NCBI GenBank assembly: GCA_905331295.1
Contig: CAJNYD010000550.1
Span: forward strand, 174,606-216,733
Reading direction: 5' to 3'
DNA from: Rotaria socialis
Lineage: Eukaryota
Length of the DNA stretch: 42,128 nt
Position 1 is the stretch's first letter. Every line of letters begins with the position of its first letter. A program made the position numbers and the translations under genes. Of the stretch, positions 36,372 through 42,128 are shown in pieces. A model generated the notes under the pieces. The model saw only the letters and a program-made list of their open reading frames with translations, did not search any database and was not told where the DNA came from.

Positions 36372-36897
36372 TAGGAGTGTCAATTTACAGTTTATTTAAT
36401 TTAAATTTTTCTGATACAAAAATTTACTTCCCGATTTAATAAATTTTTTTAAATTTAAATTTTAAATTTAATAAATTCTTTGGATGAATGCACATCATTG
36501 CTACGAGAGAAATACGTGACTTTAACAGTAGTAAATGCTAAATAAGAGGAAAACCTAGTATTTTAGGTTAATATTTATTCATAATAGTCAAAATTTCTCT
36601 ACAGATTATGCAGGATCCGTCATCTTTCTTCTTCAGAATATTGGGATACTCATAAAAATATATTTAATAGCACAATTCATAGAAGAATGACTAGTTTTAA
36701 CTTTAGAAAACAGGAAACATACTCAAATTTGACTTTAAATACGTAGTAGCAATAAGGTCAAAAACTATTTTTATCTGCTAGTTTTCAAAATTTAACTAAT
36801 TTGAATTTCAAACAATTTTATTTATTTTAAATTTAAATTTTTGAAAATTTATTTCCCGATTTAATAATTTTTTTTAAATTTAAATGTGACACCCCTA
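36372..36897. mobile_element. AT-rich hAT-like MITE
   Basis: TIR TAGG(A/G)GTGTCA. The block AAAATTTA(C/T)TTCCCGATTTAATAA..TTTTTTAAATTTAAAT is repeated near both ends. No TSD. Confidence 0.62.
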
Positions 36898-37350
36898 GTC
36901 TCTGCCGTATACGCTGGAATGAATCATATCCGCAGATAAGTTCTATAGTGTGTGATTTATGGGTTGATTTATGAGAATGTTCCTGGGTAGTTCAGAAATT
37001 CACGGCTGGATTTCGGATTTTTCTCTGCAATAGAGAACTGTGGATGTGCTACGATTTATTTGGATGTTCTACCTGCATATTCCCCATATTTTAGATTTGA
37101 AAAAATATATAACTTGAATGATTTTGGATGTGACTAAAAATTGACGAAAATGACAGTTATTCAATAAGATGGTTAATCCAAATGATAATGAAAACTGCTA
37201 AAATTTCTGAATGTAGATTTTAGGAGGTTCCTGAAAGAATATGTGATTGTGCTCATAATCATGAAAACAAATCGTGATTTTCATTGAAAACTTTTTAATG
37301 GGATAGCTGGTTTACACTATAACCAAAGAAATGCAACTATACTCAAACAG

Positions 37351-37532
37351 AACAGCTGGTTACTGTAAATAACCGTTTACGAATGAATATGATAGAAAAA
37401 CGGTCGTCGTTATTTGAGCGTGTACAATCACCGTAAGATTTCGTTTACGACAACAGTAAACGACTAGAAAATACTTTCGCGTTTTTTTTTGTCGTAAGCG
37501 ATCGGTACACGATCAAGGATGATCGACCTGGG
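37351..37532. mobile_element. Degenerate CCCAG-family MITE; right end intact, left end uncertain
   Basis: Ends in GATCGACCTGGG, the same CGACCTGGG terminus as at 34219. CpG-rich body with CGTTTACG motifs. Confidence 0.5.
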
Positions 37533-37774
37533 ATATTTCAATGCAAAATATACCAAACGTTCTATTTGTCTTGTTGATTTATCTCAAATTTGATATTCGT
37601 CGAAAGGATTACAATTTTCCTTTTCAATATTTGCATTTTTATATACTCAAGCAAATACTGCAGCAAACAAAAAATATTGCACTTCATTCTACCAGCTGGA
37701 AAATGACTTCAATGTTTTTGGTTCTTTTAGAAAAAAATATATAATGTGAATGAAATGTTTTAGATGATAGTTAT

Positions 37775-38270
37775 CAGAGCTGAGCACAGGACAAGCGTTT
37801 CTGCCCTGTCCTGCCCTATCCTGATACTCTGGTCCGTCCTGGCGGGCGGCAGGACAGGACAAAAACTCTAAATTCGTCCTGTCCTGATTTGTCCTGCTAT
37901 CCTGGTCTGTCCTGGCGAGCGGCAGGACAGGACAGGACACCAGGACCGTCCTGTTTTGTATTCATCATGGATGTGATAACAGCAATATTTGCCATTTTTA
38001 CGGTCAGTAATCCAAGCCTAGGTTAATTAATTTTCTACATTGTAGCCAGTATATTTCATTTAATTTCAAATACAAAAACTGAATTTTTAGTAAACAATAT
38101 AAGGGGAAAACAGCAGAGTTGAAGTACAAAAGTACGCCAAAGTCCAATACTTGAAGTAGCTAAAAGTATCACTCAAGTAGCACAAAGTTAGAACAAGTAA
38201 CTTCAGATAACTTCAAGTAAATGTGAAGTTGAAAAGTAGGTGAAAGTAAATTACTTGAAATAGCTTAAAG
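37775..38270. mobile_element. One end of a hAT-like element truncated by an assembly gap, possibly with a second nested element from about 38114
   Basis: Begins CAGAGCTGAGCACAGGAC exactly where the duplicated flank ends. Arrays of CAGGAC/GTCCTG (37787-37952), then an AAGTA-rich array (38114-38270) running up to the N at 38271. Confidence 0.7.
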
Positions 38271-38271
38271 N

Positions 38272-38370
38272 ATTGCACTTCATTCTACCAGCTGGAAAAT
38301 GACTTCAATGTTTTTGGTTCTTTTAGAAAAAAATATATAATGTGAATGAAATGTTTTAGATGATAGTTAT
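38272..38370. repeat. Exact 99-bp direct duplicate of 37676-37774, adjoining an N
   Basis: ATTGCACTTCATTCTACCAGCTGG...TTTTAGATGATAGTTAT is present at both positions. Confidence 0.92.
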
Positions 38371-38823
38371 AATAATTGTATACAAAATGGCACATATATT
38401 TTAGTTAACTATTGCCACATACCCTGCATATATTTTAATAAATGTAAATGCAAATAGAAGTATAGAAAGTTCTTGGCAAAAATTGGACATTATCATTCTG
38501 TCTTTAAGATAACTGATCTTTTTGTCATCCTAAAACAAAGAGTTTTCATCGAAAAAATACCTTGAGAGCCTATTGTCATCAACTTTCATTCTTATATATT
38601 GTTTGTGTCAAGGGTAATTCATCGGATTCAAATGTTTTACTTCTACATACGCATACTTGATATTTGTTTTTAGATAAAATAAAACTGGCAAATAAAAGAA
38701 AAAACTCCACGATAAATTCTCTTTTCTTATATTGATCGAAACATTGATAAGAACAAAACAAATCAGCCACTTCAAACATGTTTTCTATTTGACATTTTAT
38801 CATCGAAATCACTTTGGGGACGC

Positions 38824-40035
38824 ATGAAAAGTATAGTATTACTGTATCTTTTGTTTATTACTGTTGCTCATGGCGAATCAGTTTGTGATGCAATATCATT
38901 CGTTAATCGAGCTGGATGGGGTGCACGAGAACCAACTTCAATAACAAATCTAACAACAAAACCTCTTTCATTATTTGCTATTCATCATGCTGAGGACCCT
39001 CCAAGGTAAATAGGTTCCATTGTAAAATAATGCAACTCATTTTATTATTTATAGTTGCTATGATGATGAATCATGTGTTGAGCGAGTGAAAGAGATTCAG
39101 ATTTTTCATCAACATAACCAAAGTTGGGTAGATATCGGTTATCATTTTCTAGTTGGTGAAAACGGTAAAGTTTATGAAGGTCGAGGATGGGATCGTCAAG
39201 CTGCTCATTCACCTGGCTGGAATAATGATGCATACAGTAACAAAAAATGCTATATAATTTTAAAAAACTGTATTTTTTATATTAAAGGCATTTCTTTCAT
39301 TGGTAATTTCAGTACATCAAGTCCAAATGAAAAAGCATTAAAAACGGCACGTTCATGGATGAATTGTGGTGTTGAACGACATTATGTCACAAAAGACTTT
39401 TATGTTATTACTCATCGGCAATCACAACGGCCAGGCTATACTACATGGTAGCGTTTCATCGTTTGTTTTTCAGAATAGTATTTTTCTTATTTGAAAATCG
39501 CTTCTGAGTTCGAACACTATATAAAGTAAATGCCCATGGTATATTAAAAATATCACACAATTAAACTGTCTAGGCTTTAGGCAACGAGCTATGGCCGTTT
39601 TACTGAAGCTTTAGTTTAACGCATTGCATGCACAAAAGAGAACAATAAAAGAATGCTCGTTCCATGAGATAATCAATTTCGAGCCATATCAAACTCTCGA
39701 ATCTTCCTTGTAGTATCATATGAAAAAATTAGAGACGTTGTTGTTGCAAATAGACTTTTCTATGGACAAAACGTCAGTATTTTTGTTTTTGCAACTTACC
39801 GTCATTAAATTGGAATCTAACTAGAACGACTTTAACTCCGTACACCAACTCTAGGTACAGTTTTTACTTTGAATATTTTAATAGCCGATTACTTCCTACC
39901 TGCTACACACAATTCGCACTAAAAGCGATTTTCAAGCGTGCAAGAACTCATCATGAGTATACACGTTATTTACATAAGTTTTTTTTATTTAGTCCTGGTG
40001 ATGCTCTATTTAGCGTCGTCAGGTCGTGGGCATAA
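38824..40035 (+). CDS. Peptidoglycan recognition protein (Amidase_2 fold), 188 aa to the first stop; exons 38824-39005, 39055-39236, 39288-39447, 39993-40035
   Basis: Signal peptide, then VNRAGWGAR, IHHA, IQIFH..WVDIGYHFLVGENGKVYEGRGW..AH..GWN, FIGNF, THRQ and the spliced TCPGDALF..VRSW. Zinc/catalytic His, Tyr, His and Cys are present. Exon phases are consistent. Confidence 0.88.
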
Positions 40036-40541
40036 TCTTGTTCGTTTCAAAATCCTGGAGGGAGTCCAGCAGGAAATAACACATGGCCAACTATTGCTCT
40101 CAAGTTCTGTGCAGAAGAACTTGAACCATCCTCATCCACAATCCCATCTCCATTGCTATCCGTCTCAACACATTCAATGACCTCGATGCTTTTATTTTAT
40201 CTGCTAATAACCTATTTTTTGTAAACGAACCTTTTCGTTTTTCTTCACTACGCGTTCGTAATTTTATTTAATAAAAATGATATGAACAGAATAGGAAAAC
40301 AAATTCAATCTTTCACTACAACCGAATATGAATTAAATTCGTATTTGTATCAATATGCAATTTTATTTCATGTAAAATATTATGTTATATTAAGAAAATC
40401 CTCAATGTGCGATAAACAAGCGAAGAATATTTTCACATGCAAACATATATAACGTAGCCCTTCTACTGTTTCATTCCGTATAAATTCATATTAGGAAGGA
40501 TTAAAAAGTAAAGAACTTCTTTTCTAATGTTCGAATTAGAT

Positions 40542-40640
40542 TAGTGCAGAGTGTGGGTGTGGTGGTGATGGTGGGTGTAGATGTATGGATGGAACTGCCT
40601 GTGCCATTTCTATGCACCCACACCCACACCCTTTTCACAA
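40542..40640. repeat. Inverted TGTGGG/CCCACA repeat pair, probably a 99-bp degenerate hAT-like MITE
   Basis: TAGTGCAGAGTGTGGGTGTGG ... CCCACACCCACACCCTTTTCACAA. Flanks AATTAGAT and AAATAGTT match at 6/8 positions. Confidence 0.5.
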
Positions 40641-41369
40641 AAATAGTTGTTATTAAAATTTTTAGTTTTATAATATTAGATGGATAATGATTAAATAGTG
40701 TAGAAATGTAAAGCGTTGTTTTTACTATCAGTCTATATAAAAAGAAAACTTCTTCAAGTATTCTATAAGAAATTGACATAACTCTGTAAAGACGTTTGGT
40801 GTGATTTAAGTATTTCTACACTTTTTCTTGTTTTCCTTCGTCTAAAATCAATTTTGAAAACGACTAGTCTCTATTAAAATAAGAGGACATAGCATCGTTT
40901 TTTGTTTCAGTTAGTCAATTACTATATTAAAGAATTAGTTAAAATTTGTATTTTAATTTATCTTTATAATTTATTTTTTCTAAATGAATAAACGAAAAAT
41001 ACGTTAAACTACTTTTTCAGATATTTCATTTAATTATTAACTATCTAATAATGATCACTCAAGTTGATCGTGATGCAACTGTAAGTTTGTGAAACATACT
41101 GTTCTTACATTTTCATTCACTAATCATTGTCGATATATATCGATAATAGAATTAGTTAAAGAAAAGTTGACAACTAAACTTATTTCAAATTATGACATGA
41201 TTACTCAAGAATCTTTTCAGATGATTGTGAGGATTAGAAATAGAATACATGATCGTCAATTCAAACCTTAATCTTAAGGTGAGTAAAGAATGATAGATTA
41301 CGAACCGTAGTAGTATAAACAGTGATATAAAAAGATCAGTAATATTTTAGACTGTCTGCCTTTTGTAGT

Positions 41370-41681
41370 GAGGGGTGTCCAAGGACTGAGGATTAGAAAT
41401 TCGTCATCAGTTCCCCTACAGTTCTTTGCATACTAAAGGTAAAAATATGGAATATTCACGATAATTTTTGTTCTTACACTCATTTTCACTTGCAAAAGTG
41501 TGAGAATCAATAATTTCATGCAAAAATTATTTTTAAAACAGCAATATCGCGACTTTCGTGAATGGTGAAACTGTGAGGGAACCTATAGCTGATTCTCATT
41601 TCCGCTAGGAATTGTCACAGCGACACTAACAATTCCTCGGCACATTAGGAATTCCTATTTCTCAGTCTTTGGACACTGCTG
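41370..41681. mobile_element. hAT-like MITE with about 30-bp imperfect TIR
   Basis: Left GAGGGGTGTCCAAGGACTGAGGATTAGAAATTC versus reverse complement of the right end CAGCAGTGTCCAAAGACTGAGAAATAGGAATTC. No TSD. Confidence 0.68.
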
Positions 41682-42128
41682 GCACACGTAGACCTACGAC
41701 GAAATCCAATTCAGCACCGTGCACTTCGAACTGATCGGATGTTACGTTGGCCTTGCAAATACGCGTTTTTGTTGATGACTCGATTACTTTCATGGCGAGT
41801 TCGAGTTTACTAATACGAGCGGCAAGGAAATCGATTCGTGTCTCTGTCGATCACACAATGACTTCTGGTTTACTTTCAATGACATGACTGCTCATCAAAA
41901 ACAGTGTCCAACCGGTAAGTAACAGCCACATTTTCTTCAATTTTGTATACGAATTTCAGTAAAGTGTCATATAAGCAAGTGAAATCGGTCTTTTATCATG
42001 TGAGAATTGAAGCCATCTGTTTGTGACATCATTTTTTAAAAGGAATGAGTAACGAAAAACATACAATCACAAAATCTTCAAAATATGTACAGAGTGGTTC
42101 GAAAAAATATAATTCAACCTTTTCACAA

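Noticed and set aside
37689..37940. 83-aa minus-strand ORF with QD/CP repeats
   Set aside because: Translation of the CAGGAC repeat array of a transposon end.
39938..40180. 80-aa ORF from the track as the last PGRP exon
   Set aside because: Wrong frame; the conserved CPG motif requires the phase-2 splice at 39993.
16760..40224. Functional cluster linking CWH43 (GPI remodelling) with the GPI-tailed PGRP
   Set aside because: They are about 19 kb apart with unrelated genes between them, and there is no evidence of co-regulation; likely coincidence.

Overview
AT-rich (roughly 30% GC by eye) eukaryotic DNA with many short GT-AG introns, mostly about 45-60 nt. Gene style and repeats suggest a bdelloid rotifer (inference). 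Six protein-coding loci are supported: a GT10 alpha-1,3-fucosyltransferase (+), a multi-exon GABA-B2-like class C GPCR (-), CWH43/PGAP2-interacting protein (+), a non-myristoylated NCS-family EF-hand protein (-), an intronless 1575-aa LDLa/EGF-repeat rhodopsin-type 7TM receptor (+), and a peptidoglycan recognition protein (+). In the PGRP, the stop codon is followed in frame by 62 sense codons ending in a GPI-signal-like tail. Intergenic DNA holds many small non-autonomous elements: a tRNA-derived SINE with a perfect 14-bp TSD, hAT-, CACTA/EnSpm- and MULE-like MITEs (one with a decayed FLYWCH relic) and Helitron-like hairpins. A 99-bp duplication around an N probably reflects a heterozygous insertion collapsed by the assembler. 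No CRISPR array, rRNA or prokaryotic operon was seen. The best leads are the LDLa-EGF-7TM receptor, the PGRP cryptic tail and the SINE. Gene models were spliced by eye and no database searches were run.
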